From: Candidatus Krumholzibacteriia bacterium
GTDB taxonomy: Bacteria > Krumholzibacteriota > Krumholzibacteriia > LZORAL124-64-63
DNA: 64,000 nucleotides
Direction: 5' to 3'
NCBI GenBank assembly: GCA_016744705.1
Contig: JADGDU010000004.1
Span: 14,209-78,208, forward strand
Shown: piece after piece, positions 1 to 11,251 of the stretch
Layout: every line of letters begins with the position of its first letter
Position numbering within the stretch: the first letter of the stretch is position 1
Translations under genes and position numbers: made by a program
The notes under the pieces: generated by a model
What the model saw: the letters and a program-made list of their open reading frames with translations, nothing else
Database searches by the model: none
What the model was told of the DNA's origin: nothing

Positions 1-158
1 CCAATTGACCTTATCGCCGGCCTGCAGAGTGTGAAAAGCCACGCCGTATGCTCTCAAATGATTGCGCTGGGTCAGGTCCATGGGAATGAGCAGATATTGC
101 ACTGCCCAACTCTGGCCCACGCTGCCAATTAAAAGAAACAAGACTAGAAACAAACGCC

Positions 159-2117
159 TCATGGTAAACTCCGAACGGCATCACGCACGTCATCGATAAA
201 GAGATAATCTGGGTATTGGGCCAGTAGCATTTCGAGGGATTGCCGCGCATCCTCATCCAGGCCGGCCTCCTTTTGAAGACGACTTTCCATCAGCAATGAT
301 TCGGCAGGAAACCGTCCCCGGGGGTGCTCCAGAACCAGAACCTTCAGCATGGCGATGGCTTCTTCCTGGCGACCTTGCTCCGCATAAGCACCGGCCAGTT
401 CAAATCGAGCACGCTCCAGCAGGTGCTGTGGTTCTTCCATGTCCAACCGGCGTACGGCATCGGCAACAAACTCTTCCAAAGCCTGAATTCGGAGCTCTGG
501 CCTAACCACCAATTCAAAATAAACAGACTGGGAATACATCACCATCAACTCGGGTCCTCCACTGGGGTTTTCCATTTCTTCGGTGATTGCCAAACCCAAC
601 TCAAGAGCATCGTTAGCATAAGGAGCAGCCGGATTGTCCATGGCCACCACAGCAAAGCGATCCCGCGCTGTCACCAGATTACCCTGAGCCAGATCCAGAC
701 GGGCCAATTGATAGTGGGCATGCCCTCCCGCCTGACGGAAATCCGGATCACGTCCCAGGCTGGTCAGAACGATGCGGCCCCGGCTGGTATCACCGGCCGC
801 CAAATAACACTCCCCCAGGGACAGCCGTACCAAAGCAACACCCGGCAAAGGCAGATCCAGATCCATCAGCATGTTTTCCAGGTTCCTGGCCGCCACCATG
901 GGCTTTTGCAATTCATCGCGGGTGTAAGTCGCAAGTTTAATCTGAGAAGAGTAGAGGTACTCGCTGGACGGATTCACCCGCCGCACTTGTGCCAACAAGG
1001 TGGTAAAACGATCGGCAGCTTCCTGGGGGTCATCCCCCAGAACCCTCTGTACCAAGGCCTCTTCACAAACCTGAGCCAGGGCCCCAGCGGCGCGTTTGCG
1101 AATCCCTGGATCATAATTGCTATCACTGGAGAGCCACGACAGGACATCCAGCAAATAATCCACTGTGGCTTGCAACTCCAACTGGTTGCCAGGTTGGTCA
1201 TCAGTAGCCTGATCCGGCAAAACAGCCAGCAGGGGTAACTCCCGAGTCAGAGTCATACAGTTTTGTAAAGTGGCGGACATGTTGCTGCGTTTGCCTCGCA
1301 AAGACTGAGCTTTCTCGATGGCCTGTTCACTCTCGCCCTCCATGAGAAACAAATTGGCCGTCAGCAAAACTTCAGCGCTGTTTTTTTTCGATTCGGTGGC
1401 GCGTTCTTCCAAACGAGAAATAAATTCGGGCATTTCACCCGGGCTGTATCCGCCCTCCAAAATCTCATTGCGGACCAAGCCCAAGTTGAATGGATTGCTG
1501 CGCAGATTGGCCACCACTTCATCGGCCGATTCTTCATACTCTTCCAGGGCCAGTAAAGCCACGGCTTTCTGCCGCCCCAGGAAAAATTGATCCGGCAGAA
1601 AACTCCGCATGGAGTCGATGAGACCCACCACCATTTTGGGTCGTTGGGCATCCTGGAACAGCTCCACAGCAACCATGCCGGCACTGCGCCTGTTGGGACT
1701 GGTGGAGATAAAATTACCCGCAGCCAAACGGGCAGAATCCGGCGCATCAACGGCCAGCAACGAAATGGTAAAAGAGCGCCACAGAGAAGCATTCAGTGGT
1801 TGGAGGGCCAAGGCTTCACGGCAGATATCCACGGCTAACTCATGATTGTCACGAAGCTGGGCCAGCCGGATCCGCCGGGTCACGAGTTCATTTTTCAAGG
1901 CACTGTGTTGTTCCAGATCTTGCAGCAAGCTCTCGGCTCGCCCTACACTCTTGAGGGTCAACAGACGGTCCAATTCCACCAGGCGCCGCCGCATGTCCAT
2001 TACACTTTGCCCGGAAGGCATTTCCGGCCGAATCATGCGCTCATGCTGGGCCTCAACAGGACTCGCCAATAACAGCAGCCCCCAAAGGGCCATCAGAATC
2101 CTTGAGGAAAACATCAT
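159..2117 (-). CDS. Exported tetratricopeptide-repeat (TPR) protein, 652 aa
   Basis: Signal peptide (MMFSSRILMALWGLLLLASPVEA); helical TPR-like repeats; BamD/YbgF-like C-terminal TPRs (ERARFELAGAY...EHPRGRF...QYPDYLF); ATGA overlap with upstream gene. Confidence 0.8.
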   Translation of the reverse strand: MMFSSRILMALWGLLLLASPVEAQHERMIRPEMPSGQSVMDMRRRLVELDRLLTLKSVGRAESLLQDLEQHSALKNELVTRRIRLAQLRDNHELAVDICREALALQPLNASLWRSFTISLLAVDAPDSARLAAGNFISTSPNRRSAGMVAVELFQDAQRPKMVVGLIDSMRSFLPDQFFLGRQKAVALLALEEYEESADEVVANLRSNPFNLGLVRNEILEGGYSPGEMPEFISRLEERATESKKNSAEVLLTANLFLMEGESEQAIEKAQSLRGKRSNMSATLQNCMTLTRELPLLAVLPDQATDDQPGNQLELQATVDYLLDVLSWLSSDSNYDPGIRKRAAGALAQVCEEALVQRVLGDDPQEAADRFTTLLAQVRRVNPSSEYLYSSQIKLATYTRDELQKPMVAARNLENMLMDLDLPLPGVALVRLSLGECYLAAGDTSRGRIVLTSLGRDPDFRQAGGHAHYQLARLDLAQGNLVTARDRFAVVAMDNPAAPYANDALELGLAITEEMENPSGGPELMVMYSQSVYFELVVRPELRIQALEEFVADAVRRLDMEEPQHLLERARFELAGAYAEQGRQEEAIAMLKVLVLEHPRGRFPAESLLMESRLQKEAGLDEDARQSLEMLLAQYPDYLFIDDVRDAVRSLP

Positions 2118-5100
2118 GGCACCTCCGTTTCCCGAGCACCTGATTTGCGTAATTCCTCCAGGGCCTGGAAGTATTTGCGCACCAAACTACGGTATTCTTG
2201 AGGAGCTTTTTCCAGGGGAACATAACGCAACTCGAAAGGGTCGTTGGCCCCCTGAAGAGAAGGGTCATCCAGCAAACCGCCATCGGCATTATAAAGCTCC
2301 CGGGCCGTATGGCTTTCCCGGCGGGAGGAATAATCACGCTGCCGAACACTGTTGCGCGCATCCAGCATGCGGCTCAAAATTCTTTCCTGACGAATCAAAG
2401 TCTCTTCGCTGATCAATCCCTGATCCACTTCCTGGCTGAGGGTCTCCATCATGTTGCCCATTTCTCCCAGGTCCCCCAGCACTCTTTCGCCTTCGGGTGC
2501 CTGTTTGGATTCTTCAGCCAGCTCCTGCATGCGGCCCGCCAATTCTCCCTGGCCTTCGCCTAGCCGTTTCATTTGGGACCGAGTCTGCTGGCTCATGCCC
2601 CGGTTGGCCAGTTGTTGGCGCAGGGCTTCTGTCATGGCGTTGAGCTCAGCCTGATCTTTGGCCATTTCCTTCAGCTGTTCGGACATGCTTTTCTGTTGTT
2701 GCTGTTGTTCCCCGCTGCCCCCACTGCTGCTACTGCTCATCTGTGCTTCGGTGAGCAAACCAATGACCATGCGGTTACAGAGAGCCAGACTATTGGTGGC
2801 ACCTTTGCGCGCGTGTTGGGCGCGATTTTCTTCCAGAGAATTCAGGCTTTCCCCCATGGCCTCAATCACTTCATCCAACTTTTCCAATAGCCTCATGATG
2901 CGGGTGGGGTTCTCGCTCAACAAATCACTGAGTTTATCGCGGGTCCCCAGAATGGCCTTTTGCACCCGGTGCTGGCTGCGTGTCAAATTCAGACTGCGAA
3001 CATCGCGGATGCGTGCGGGAATGCGTGCGGCAATTTCCTCTTGCCGGGCCGAAAGCACCAGCATGTCAGCGGCCAATTGCCGCAGAGACGAGACTTGATT
3101 CTGATCCATGGCCATCTGCATGGCCGACTGGGATTTTAAAATCACGTGGTACAAGGCCCCCATATCGCGCAAGGCCTGTTGCTGCAACTTGGCTGCCATT
3201 TCCGGATCCATTTGGGCCAGTTCATCTGAGGCTTCGCTCATGCTGTCTTGACTATTCTGTTGCTCCATCTGCTCCAAAGCCTGCTCCAAGGCCTCTTGCA
3301 TCTCTTCGCTGCCCGGTGTGCTCTCTTCAGCGTTTTGCTCTTCTAAATTGGCCAAAGCCTCTTCCAGCTTTTCCTGCAGTTCCTGCATTTCTTCAGAAAG
3401 GGCTTCCTGACGGCGGGCCAGCTCTTCCGCGTCGGGCGTCTTTTCGCTGTCAGACTGTTCTCCATTCTCATCACTGGTCTGTCCCTCCTGGTCGTTGGGA
3501 CTTTCCTGGCTGTCCGGGCCTTCCTGGCTGTCATTCTTCTGCTCTTCAGCCAATTGCCTGCTCATATCTGCCAGTTCCTGCTGCTTGCGGATCATTTTTT
3601 CCAGCAAACTGGCGATGCCTTCCATTTCCTGTTCCTGATCCATGCGTTGCAGCATGGCCAGTGCAGCGTCCAGTTTTCGAGCCATTTCTTTCTGGTTTTT
3701 GGCCACTTCCTTCATGGCCTCAGCCATTTCCTCAGGAGAGAGTTTCCCGTCCGCATTCTGCATCTTCTGCATCATCTCATTCAACTCGTCGCTGTTGCTT
3801 TGATCCAGCAGCTGGGACACTTCTTCTGCCCGATCCAACATCTTCTCAGATGTCATCTGCCCTGAGGCCAATTTATCCACATCCTGTTGCAACTGTTCTG
3901 CAACTTTGGCCAACTCCTCCTGCATTTTTCGCTGGCGCTCCATGGCCGCTTCCATCTCCTGCTGGCGGGCCCAGTCGGGGATCGGATTTTTTAGAAGCTC
4001 CCGAGCTAAACGGTCCAGATCAGCACCCAATTGGCGTCCTCGGTGGCGCATCTCTTCCAGTTCGCTGCGGCGTTCCTGGCTGCTGTCGGCTTGAGCAATC
4101 AGCACATCAGCTGCCGAAGGCAATTTCAAACGCAACACCGAAGAATGTCCCCGACCCGCTGGCCCCGGCCTTCGGTTATCTTTGGCCTCCATCCGCAATT
4201 CGAGGATGTCACCGGGTACCATGTTCAAATGATCAAAACGAGCCTCCACCATCAGGCCAGTTTGGAGAGGCTGTCTTTCAGAAGAGTCCACGCCAGCGAG
4301 AAAGTCGGAACGCAGTGAAACCAGGCCATGGGCCGTGGTCCATTCCAGCCAGCCTTCAGAGTTTCCAGGCAACACCTTTCCGGATGACCAAAGAACCTGC
4401 TTTTCGAAATCCGGTTCTTGCTCATGGTCAGTTTCATCTCTCGCCAAAATTCTCATATCCAAACTGAGCTGGGCCAGGCCGTAATCATCCGCAGCATCTG
4501 TGCGCAACTCTACCCGGCCCGTGACAGACAGAATCCCATCATCATCCTGGCGTTCCAATCCTACCGAAGGATCTTCATCCTCCGTGGCGACAATTTCGTA
4601 CCGCAGGGGGTCCTGATTCCAAAGACCAAAGCTGTCCTCCAGAGCCAGGTGAAAGGCCAACGATTCATCCACTGGAAATTCCCCTGCAAAACTGCGATCA
4701 GCAAAATCCAGAGCGGTGGTATCACCGGTCTCGGTGACCAGCAACATGCGCCGCAAGGGTTGGCTGGTCACGCCGGCTAAAACCATTTGAGATCCCACAG
4801 GCGCTTCTATCCAAGTGGGCAGACGGGACATTTCCCGCAATTTCAATTGGGTGTAAGAGGGAGGCTGGACGGATCCGGCCAATTCCGTAACCAGGGGATG
4901 GCGCCGGACCTGGACCTGGTGCACTTCGGTGACCATGGTCCCCCGCCGGAAGCGCCACTGAAAGTCTTCATGGACCTGCTCCAGGTGAGCCACCCACTTC
5001 CGGTAGGGGGGCTGCAAACCTGGTGGATCTACAAACATGATTTCGCGGCCGGTGGTGACCGGCTGCCATTGGCCAGAACCAATCATAATTTCACAGAGAG

Positions 5101-5788
5101 CGGCATCGGGGTCGCCGGTGGCATCAAGGGCCGCCAGCGAAATATCCCGGCCCGCCACTACGAATTCTTCACCGGCAGCGGCGTAAAGCCCGCCGGTGGG
5201 AGCAGCGGTCCAGATGGACCATGGATTCCACAATCGGGACCAACCGGTTCCCAGAGAGTCATCTCCCGCAGTCAGCAGGGAGACCGTCAGCAATAGGCAA
5301 ACCGCCACCGAAAGCCAGGTCTGGCCTACACGGTTGATGGGCACGGCATCCGCTGGCCCCAGAGGAGCCAGAACTTCTGCCCCACGCTTGAATAACCGCC
5401 GTCGCAGCTCCACGGCTACCGGAGTGTCATCATTCCACCGTACGGGATCGCGCAGGGCTTCTTCCGAAGCCACCAGAACATTGGCAAAATAACCCCGCCG
5501 TTCCAGCACCTGCACCAGTTGCCGCAACTTTCGCAACCGCCACAATCTGCCCAAAAGGTTATTCCAGGCCAAAGCAGCCAACCCCGCGCCCAGGGAAGCC
5601 AGCAGCCCCCAAGTCACAAACCTTCCAGGTTGATCCACACTGCCCAACATCCAAGCAGTCAACATGAGCATGGATCCCCCCACACCCACCATCCGTGCTG
5701 AGCCGAACCAGGCTACCCGCAAAAGGGTGCGCCGGCGCAGCTGGTGCAGTCGCTTGTGGAAGAGGTTTCGGGGTTCAGGGCTCTGCAT
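2114..5788 (-). CDS. DUF4175-like membrane-anchored coiled-coil protein, 1224 aa
   Basis: About 3 N-terminal TM segments, a beta-rich middle (PPSYT, DDYGL, EAKDN motifs typical of DUF4175-type proteins), a long Q/E/M-rich coiled coil and the terminal 'PQEYRSLVRKYFQAL' motif. Confidence 0.7.
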   Translation of the reverse strand: MQSPEPRNLFHKRLHQLRRRTLLRVAWFGSARMVGVGGSMLMLTAWMLGSVDQPGRFVTWGLLASLGAGLAALAWNNLLGRLWRLRKLRQLVQVLERRGYFANVLVASEEALRDPVRWNDDTPVAVELRRRLFKRGAEVLAPLGPADAVPINRVGQTWLSVAVCLLLTVSLLTAGDDSLGTGWSRLWNPWSIWTAAPTGGLYAAAGEEFVVAGRDISLAALDATGDPDAALCEIMIGSGQWQPVTTGREIMFVDPPGLQPPYRKWVAHLEQVHEDFQWRFRRGTMVTEVHQVQVRRHPLVTELAGSVQPPSYTQLKLREMSRLPTWIEAPVGSQMVLAGVTSQPLRRMLLVTETGDTTALDFADRSFAGEFPVDESLAFHLALEDSFGLWNQDPLRYEIVATEDEDPSVGLERQDDDGILSVTGRVELRTDAADDYGLAQLSLDMRILARDETDHEQEPDFEKQVLWSSGKVLPGNSEGWLEWTTAHGLVSLRSDFLAGVDSSERQPLQTGLMVEARFDHLNMVPGDILELRMEAKDNRRPGPAGRGHSSVLRLKLPSAADVLIAQADSSQERRSELEEMRHRGRQLGADLDRLARELLKNPIPDWARQQEMEAAMERQRKMQEELAKVAEQLQQDVDKLASGQMTSEKMLDRAEEVSQLLDQSNSDELNEMMQKMQNADGKLSPEEMAEAMKEVAKNQKEMARKLDAALAMLQRMDQEQEMEGIASLLEKMIRKQQELADMSRQLAEEQKNDSQEGPDSQESPNDQEGQTSDENGEQSDSEKTPDAEELARRQEALSEEMQELQEKLEEALANLEEQNAEESTPGSEEMQEALEQALEQMEQQNSQDSMSEASDELAQMDPEMAAKLQQQALRDMGALYHVILKSQSAMQMAMDQNQVSSLRQLAADMLVLSARQEEIAARIPARIRDVRSLNLTRSQHRVQKAILGTRDKLSDLLSENPTRIMRLLEKLDEVIEAMGESLNSLEENRAQHARKGATNSLALCNRMVIGLLTEAQMSSSSSGGSGEQQQQQKSMSEQLKEMAKDQAELNAMTEALRQQLANRGMSQQTRSQMKRLGEGQGELAGRMQELAEESKQAPEGERVLGDLGEMGNMMETLSQEVDQGLISEETLIRQERILSRMLDARNSVRQRDYSSRRESHTARELYNADGGLLDDPSLQGANDPFELRYVPLEKAPQEYRSLVRKYFQALEELRKSGARETEVP

Positions 5789-5797
5789 TGTATCCGA

Positions 5798-6475
5798 TCA
5801 GGGGTGAGTCAGGGCGTACATCATAATGTTAACGGCCATGCGGGCCGCCGCTTCGCGAACCGCAGGCGGATCGTTGTGCACATGGGGATCTTCCAGACCA
5901 TCGCCAATATCCGAGGACCAGGTATAAAAAATTACCAGACGCCCTTCTTTGGATACGCCAAAACCCTGGGCGGGTTCCCCATCATGCTTATGTATCTTCG
6001 GCAAACCCGGCAAATCATAAAAGGAATGATAAATGGGATGGGACACAGGAAGAGGAACCAGGGGAGACTCAGGATAGAGCTGTGCCACCATTTCCCGAAA
6101 AGACGTGTCCAGGCCGTAGTTATCGTCAGCGTAAAGAAAACCACCGGCATCGAGATAGCGTCTCAGCTCCTGCAACTCCAGATCTTCCAAAACAATGCGG
6201 CCGTGCCCGGAGAGGTACAGGAAGGGATACTGGTACAGATCTTCACTGTCCAGTGTCACGACGGCCTCTTCTGCGGCTGTCACAATTCCGGTGCGCTGGC
6301 TAAACGATTCCAGCCAATTGGGCAGACTACTCGGGTCACAATACCAATCGCCTCCGCCATCATAGTGCAAGCGAGCAATGCGCAATTCCGGTTCCACCAC
6401 AGGAGCGGCTAAGGCCTGTCCGGAAAAAACAGTCATGGTCAGGATTAACAGCAGGCTCAGGCGCATCGACATCAT
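5798..6475 (-). CDS. DUF4159 domain-containing exported protein
   Basis: Motifs YDGGGDWY, YPFLYLSGHG, GGFLYADDNYG, DIGDG, MAVNIMMYALTH; signal peptide. Confidence 0.88.
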   Translation of the reverse strand: MMSMRLSLLLILTMTVFSGQALAAPVVEPELRIARLHYDGGGDWYCDPSSLPNWLESFSQRTGIVTAAEEAVVTLDSEDLYQYPFLYLSGHGRIVLEDLELQELRRYLDAGGFLYADDNYGLDTSFREMVAQLYPESPLVPLPVSHPIYHSFYDLPGLPKIHKHDGEPAQGFGVSKEGRLVIFYTWSSDIGDGLEDPHVHNDPPAVREAAARMAVNIMMYALTHP

Positions 6476-9400
6476 CGTCCTTCAAGGTTGTTGGCTTCCA
6501 GGCGGGGAAGAGTCAATTCGGCCAGGGCGCCCGGGTGCTCTGCCGTGCCATCAGGGCGGTTGCGCAGAATGATGCTGCCCCCCATGCGGTCGGCCAGGTT
6601 CCGGCAAATGGCCAGGCCCAATCCGGTGCCCTTGCTCTTAGTGGAAAAATAAGGATCAAAGAGCCGATCGGCCACTTCAGGAGCCAAACCTGTGCCGTTA
6701 TCCGCCCACAAAAGGGTGACTGATTCTTCCTGCACCCGCCACCGGATGTCTAATTCCGTGGCACAACCTTCCGCAGTAGCATCCAGGCTGTTTTGCATCA
6801 GGTTGCCCAGAATTTTCTGTAGAGAATCGTCATGGGCCAACACCAGAGGCAGGGCGGCCGCCTCCAAATTCACCTGCAAAGCTGTTCCCGGGCTCTGGCT
6901 TCCATACCGGTCCACGGCTTGGGCCACCAACTGGTGAAAATCCATGGCCTGCCGCTCAAGCACACCCGGGCGCCCCAAAAGACTAAATTCTGCAGCAATG
7001 GAGCGCAGGAGATCAACCTGACTCAACACCCGTTTCACCGTGTCGGGCACAATGTGATCCAGTTGGGGATGCTTATCCCGCCAAGCCTGGTCCAGCAGTT
7101 GAACCGAAAGCTGGATGGGTGTCAGCGGGTTCTTGATCTCGTGAGCCACCTGTCTGGCCAGTTCAGCATTGATAGCCATTTTCCGAGTTTGCAGGAACTC
7201 CGTGATATCTTCGAAAACCAACATGGTATCGGTCCGGCCGTCGGGCAGATCCAGAGGGGCCATGGCGCCGCGCAGAGTGCGCAGACCGTCAGCACTGGTC
7301 ATCTCGCCGCCCCAACGTTCCTTACCCTGGGCCAATTTGAGAACTCGTTCCAGCAGGCGCAGCATGGCCTGTTTCTCTTCCACCGACGCATCGAATTCAG
7401 CGAGGATTTCACTGCCCGCGGGATTCAGAGACACCACTTCCAAACTTTCATCGATGACAGCGACTCCCACTGTGACCCTGTTCAACACCGAAGTGAGAAA
7501 CTCTTCTCGCGCTTGCAGTTCATCCCGCGCCGCAGCCAGATCCGACCGCATGCCCCGGAAGGCACTGGTCAGCCGGCCCACCTCGTCCCGTCCGGCTTCT
7601 GGCAGAGGGGCCTCGAAATCTCCCCGGGCCATGGAACGCGTGGCAGTCAGCAGCAAGCGCAGAGGACGGAATAAATTCCAGGACATGAGCAACGCCAGCA
7701 ATAACGCCGTCAGCAACACCAAATTGGCCAGGCCAGCCAGAAAGAGCATGGTGCCCCGGCGTTGGTTTCCGTAATCCTTCTCTCGATCAGGAAAAGCAAC
7801 AGCCAGCACGGCGGGGGTGTTCAGATGCTGAACTCCCCCATTCTTCCCCCGGGAAAAGGCTGGCAGAGGTTGGGCCCCGGTGAATGAAAATGGTTTATTT
7901 TCTGCGGCAAAAACACCGGCGGCATGGGCGTGGTCCAGCAGGGTGCTCATCATATCCGGATCAGCCAGCAAGGCTTCCTGGCCCGAGAAAATGCCCTCGG
8001 GATGACTGGCTAAAACCGGGCGCCCACCCAACCTCAGGGTGGCCTGACCGTGAACCAAGTCAGCCAGTCCCCCCAACAAATCCCGGTCCAGGCGCTGCCG
8101 ATAGAGAAAGAAACCATTGCGGATGCGGCCATCTCTCAAGATGGTCGAATCGGATATGGCCAGGATCCCTGTCAGATCGATGGGAATAACCGTGGCCACA
8201 AACAAACCACTTTCCTCTTCCATCACAATCATGGGCGCAGTGCGGCCGGCCGCTAGCAAAACCCGGGCTTCCTCACTGCTCAAATTGCTAAGAGTTTCAT
8301 CCAGGAGGAGGGTACCGTCGCTGCCAAAAACCATGGCTTGCCTGGCTTCAAGGGGCCCCACAGGCCGCTGGCCTGCCAGCTGCCCCACCAGCATCTCGTT
8401 GATGTAATCACTGCGGGATAGGGCCCGGGCCTGTTCTTCCAAAAGACTGCGCAGCTGTTGCACCGCTGTGTCCAGGCCGGATCGAGTTTGGGTCCGGGCT
8501 TGGGCACTTACCCGCTGGTGACCAACCCGGTCCACCGATGTGCCCACCACCAGCAACAACAGCAAGCCAAAAAACAAATATCCAGCAAGGAAGCGTTCCT
8601 GGAAACCAGTGGACCACGTGGCCGACAGGCCACTTCTGCCAGAATATGGAGAGAGCGATTGAAGACGCCGGGAAAGATGAAGACCCAGCATAAGAAGGGC
8701 CAGGAACACCAGGTTCAGGAGCATGAGGCGGGAAAGGTCCAGCAGCCTGGTGGCCAAGGGCGCCTGCTGCACACCCAGCAAATAACCTTCGCTGCCCCCA
8801 CCGGGCAGGAATTTCCAAAGACACAGAAAGACATCGTTACCAATTTCGATCTGCGCCCAAGGCAGAACGCCACTTTTCAGTTGGTCCAGGGTGGAACGTG
8901 AAGCTGCATGGGGAATACCCAATTGTCCCACATCCAGCCAACCTCGGTCGTCGCCCCGCAACAATAGCACCGGACGATCCACTTCCGAACGGGGGCGATA
9001 TTCACCCAGGTTGGATTTATCCAGAGGGGCCAGCCCCGCCAGCTGGGTCGCGATGCGAGAGGAATGCACAGGTAGCTCCACCCGCAGCCAACCGCGATTC
9101 CCCTCCCTGCTCACCTCGCAGGCCAACACCAATTCTTCACCATCGGGATAGAGCCGGAGTTCCTCTTGGAACATACGCCCCACATCACCGTCACCAGGGG
9201 GCAGGCGGGAGTCATCCAATGCCGCGCGCCAATTCACCTGAAAATGGAAATCTCCCATAAAGCCCGTGGTGAACAGACTTTCTTCCCGGTCAAATTCATC
9301 AATGATTTCCACCAGCAGAGGAAAGCCCAAATCTCGCAAACTGGAATCGCGCCACAAAAGGTAGGCCGGCTCATCTCGCCACACATCCTGGCCCATGGCC

Positions 9401-11244
9401 GGGGAAAGATCGCTTCTGCCATCCTGCAGGCGCATCTCTTTCAAGGCTTCGTTTAGCAGGTACGGAGCAGAACTGTCAGACGGTTCTGCCAGAAAATCTG
9501 CTTTGGTCACCAACCAGCTATGTTCGGCCCGCTGGTAAACTTCATTCAGGGATGAGTAATTCCAAACGCTCACCATCAACAATACAACGGGCCATACAAA
9601 TCGGCGTAAGACAAAGGGGCGCGACCCCAGAGAGGGTGTCACCAACCACAATCCGAGAACCGCCAAAGCCAGTAAAAGGCGAGTCGCCCACCACAGATCA
9701 TTCACCAGCAGAGAGAGAGCCAACGAGGCCGCGAAAGCCAGGACTCCGCCACCCAGCCAGGTGGACAACCGAGCCCTTGAAGGCCAGGACCCTCCCGCCC
9801 AAAGCCCTACCAGGAGTGCAAAGAATGAAAAGACCAAAAGCATCAGAACCAGATGCAGGCTCCAAAAAGAAAGGAACGGCAGAGGGACATCCTGCCCCAG
9901 AAGCCGTGGATTCGCATTGGTGGCCAGCATAGAAGCCAGAAAGCGGCTCAGCATCAGAATACCAAAGCCTGAAAGACCAAAGAGCAAACCCGACACGAGA
10001 CCTTGTCCGGGAAGGAACGGCGGCTTATGGATGGCATCGCCCACCAGGCCCAACCACCGCAGGGCCGACCACACCGTCACCGCAATCAGGACCGAAGTCA
10101 GCAGGGCGTCGGCAGTGGAGGCAAAAAATCCGAAGGCAAAGGGGGTGGCAAAATAGGCAGGGTCCAAAAGGCTGACCAGTCGGCCAGGAGCCGCGGGCAA
10201 GGTGTCCTGGGGAAAGGCCCAGGTACCCCACCGAAAAAAGCCAGCAGAAGCCAGTAGGAAGCGCCCACCCCAAAAGGCAAGCAGAAACCCAGGCTGCCCC
10301 AGCCAGATTCGGCCCAATGACAGAGCAGCCAGGAACCAGGCCAGCCCTGCACCCAACATGATCCGAGCGTAGGTTTGTCGCAATCCGCCATGGCTGCGAA
10401 CCTCAGGATCAAGAGTCAGGACCAAGCCCAAACCATGAACAGGATCCTGATAAAGCACATCCGCTACGGCATCGCCAACATCATTAAACTGTACCGGAGC
10501 TTCTGTCAGCGGTAGAACCTTCCATTGGAAAATGCCGCCCAGGGAAGGGTTTAAGCCGTTGCCAAGGGAAACCTGAAGCTCAAGAATAAGACCAGGTCCC
10601 ACGGAACGGGTGATGCGCCGATACCAGTGATGCCTTCCCTTTTCCAGAACGTCGGAATCTTGCATCCCCGGCTCCAGGTCCAATGGCTCAGCGCCCCTGG
10701 TCCAGGCACTGCGTTGGCCATCTTGCCAAATCACCCCTTCCACTGACAAACCGCCAGCCTCAGAAGCCAGGTCTTGCCAATGAGCAGAACTCTCTTTCAA
10801 TTCGCGGAAAAGGTCGCCCCCACGCAGAGACTGTTCCGGGTCATTTAATGAGGACACCACCGAAGCCATGATTTCCGGAAAAGCGGAATCCAGAGCTCTC
10901 CAATCCGCCTCTACCTCAGTTCGTTTCCGGATTTGAGATTCAGAAAGTGGCAGCGAAAAAGTGGAATCGGGAGAAGAATCCATACTCACGGTTTTCAACG
11001 AAACTGCCAAAAGGACCGCCATGGAAAACAGCAGTAGAATCGACCAGAAAGCAGACCCTTCTTTTTGGGTATTGCGTTTCAAGCTCACCAGCAAAGCCAA
11101 AACCACCGTCAGCAGCAAAACCCACCATGAATGAGGCATGCCCTCAAGCAGAGGTTTTCCACCCCCTTGAAAGAGCAACAATCCCTGCCCGACGAGACAG
11201 AGAACACCTATGGGTTTGATGGTTTGGGCCAAATGCCCCCTCAT
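6472..11244 (-). CDS. Very large multi-TM HAMP/PAS sensor histidine kinase (NtrY-like core), 1590 aa
   Basis: H-box ARQVAHEIKNPLTPI, N-box NLMQNS, G boxes DNGTG / FDPYFSTKSKGTGLGL, HAMP (RPLRLL...DEVGRL), more than 10 hydrophobic segments in the N-terminal two-thirds. Confidence 0.92.
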   Translation of the reverse strand: MRGHLAQTIKPIGVLCLVGQGLLLFQGGGKPLLEGMPHSWWVLLLTVVLALLVSLKRNTQKEGSAFWSILLLFSMAVLLAVSLKTVSMDSSPDSTFSLPLSESQIRKRTEVEADWRALDSAFPEIMASVVSSLNDPEQSLRGGDLFRELKESSAHWQDLASEAGGLSVEGVIWQDGQRSAWTRGAEPLDLEPGMQDSDVLEKGRHHWYRRITRSVGPGLILELQVSLGNGLNPSLGGIFQWKVLPLTEAPVQFNDVGDAVADVLYQDPVHGLGLVLTLDPEVRSHGGLRQTYARIMLGAGLAWFLAALSLGRIWLGQPGFLLAFWGGRFLLASAGFFRWGTWAFPQDTLPAAPGRLVSLLDPAYFATPFAFGFFASTADALLTSVLIAVTVWSALRWLGLVGDAIHKPPFLPGQGLVSGLLFGLSGFGILMLSRFLASMLATNANPRLLGQDVPLPFLSFWSLHLVLMLLVFSFFALLVGLWAGGSWPSRARLSTWLGGGVLAFAASLALSLLVNDLWWATRLLLALAVLGLWLVTPSLGSRPFVLRRFVWPVVLLMVSVWNYSSLNEVYQRAEHSWLVTKADFLAEPSDSSAPYLLNEALKEMRLQDGRSDLSPAMGQDVWRDEPAYLLWRDSSLRDLGFPLLVEIIDEFDREESLFTTGFMGDFHFQVNWRAALDDSRLPPGDGDVGRMFQEELRLYPDGEELVLACEVSREGNRGWLRVELPVHSSRIATQLAGLAPLDKSNLGEYRPRSEVDRPVLLLRGDDRGWLDVGQLGIPHAASRSTLDQLKSGVLPWAQIEIGNDVFLCLWKFLPGGGSEGYLLGVQQAPLATRLLDLSRLMLLNLVFLALLMLGLHLSRRLQSLSPYSGRSGLSATWSTGFQERFLAGYLFFGLLLLLVVGTSVDRVGHQRVSAQARTQTRSGLDTAVQQLRSLLEEQARALSRSDYINEMLVGQLAGQRPVGPLEARQAMVFGSDGTLLLDETLSNLSSEEARVLLAAGRTAPMIVMEEESGLFVATVIPIDLTGILAISDSTILRDGRIRNGFFLYRQRLDRDLLGGLADLVHGQATLRLGGRPVLASHPEGIFSGQEALLADPDMMSTLLDHAHAAGVFAAENKPFSFTGAQPLPAFSRGKNGGVQHLNTPAVLAVAFPDREKDYGNQRRGTMLFLAGLANLVLLTALLLALLMSWNLFRPLRLLLTATRSMARGDFEAPLPEAGRDEVGRLTSAFRGMRSDLAAARDELQAREEFLTSVLNRVTVGVAVIDESLEVVSLNPAGSEILAEFDASVEEKQAMLRLLERVLKLAQGKERWGGEMTSADGLRTLRGAMAPLDLPDGRTDTMLVFEDITEFLQTRKMAINAELARQVAHEIKNPLTPIQLSVQLLDQAWRDKHPQLDHIVPDTVKRVLSQVDLLRSIAAEFSLLGRPGVLERQAMDFHQLVAQAVDRYGSQSPGTALQVNLEAAALPLVLAHDDSLQKILGNLMQNSLDATAEGCATELDIRWRVQEESVTLLWADNGTGLAPEVADRLFDPYFSTKSKGTGLGLAICRNLADRMGGSIILRNRPDGTAEHPGALAELTLPRLEANNLEGR

Positions 11245-11251
11245 CTGAATC

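Noticed and set aside
3485-3532. Three degenerate 18-nt tandem repeats (DSQEGP/DSQESP/NDQEGQ)
   Set aside because: In-frame low-complexity linker expansion with no spacers; not CRISPR or a contingency locus.
2980-4467. 495-aa plus-strand ORF
   Set aside because: Antisense shadow of the Q/E-rich DUF4175-like gene; P/S/C-rich with no recognisable motifs.
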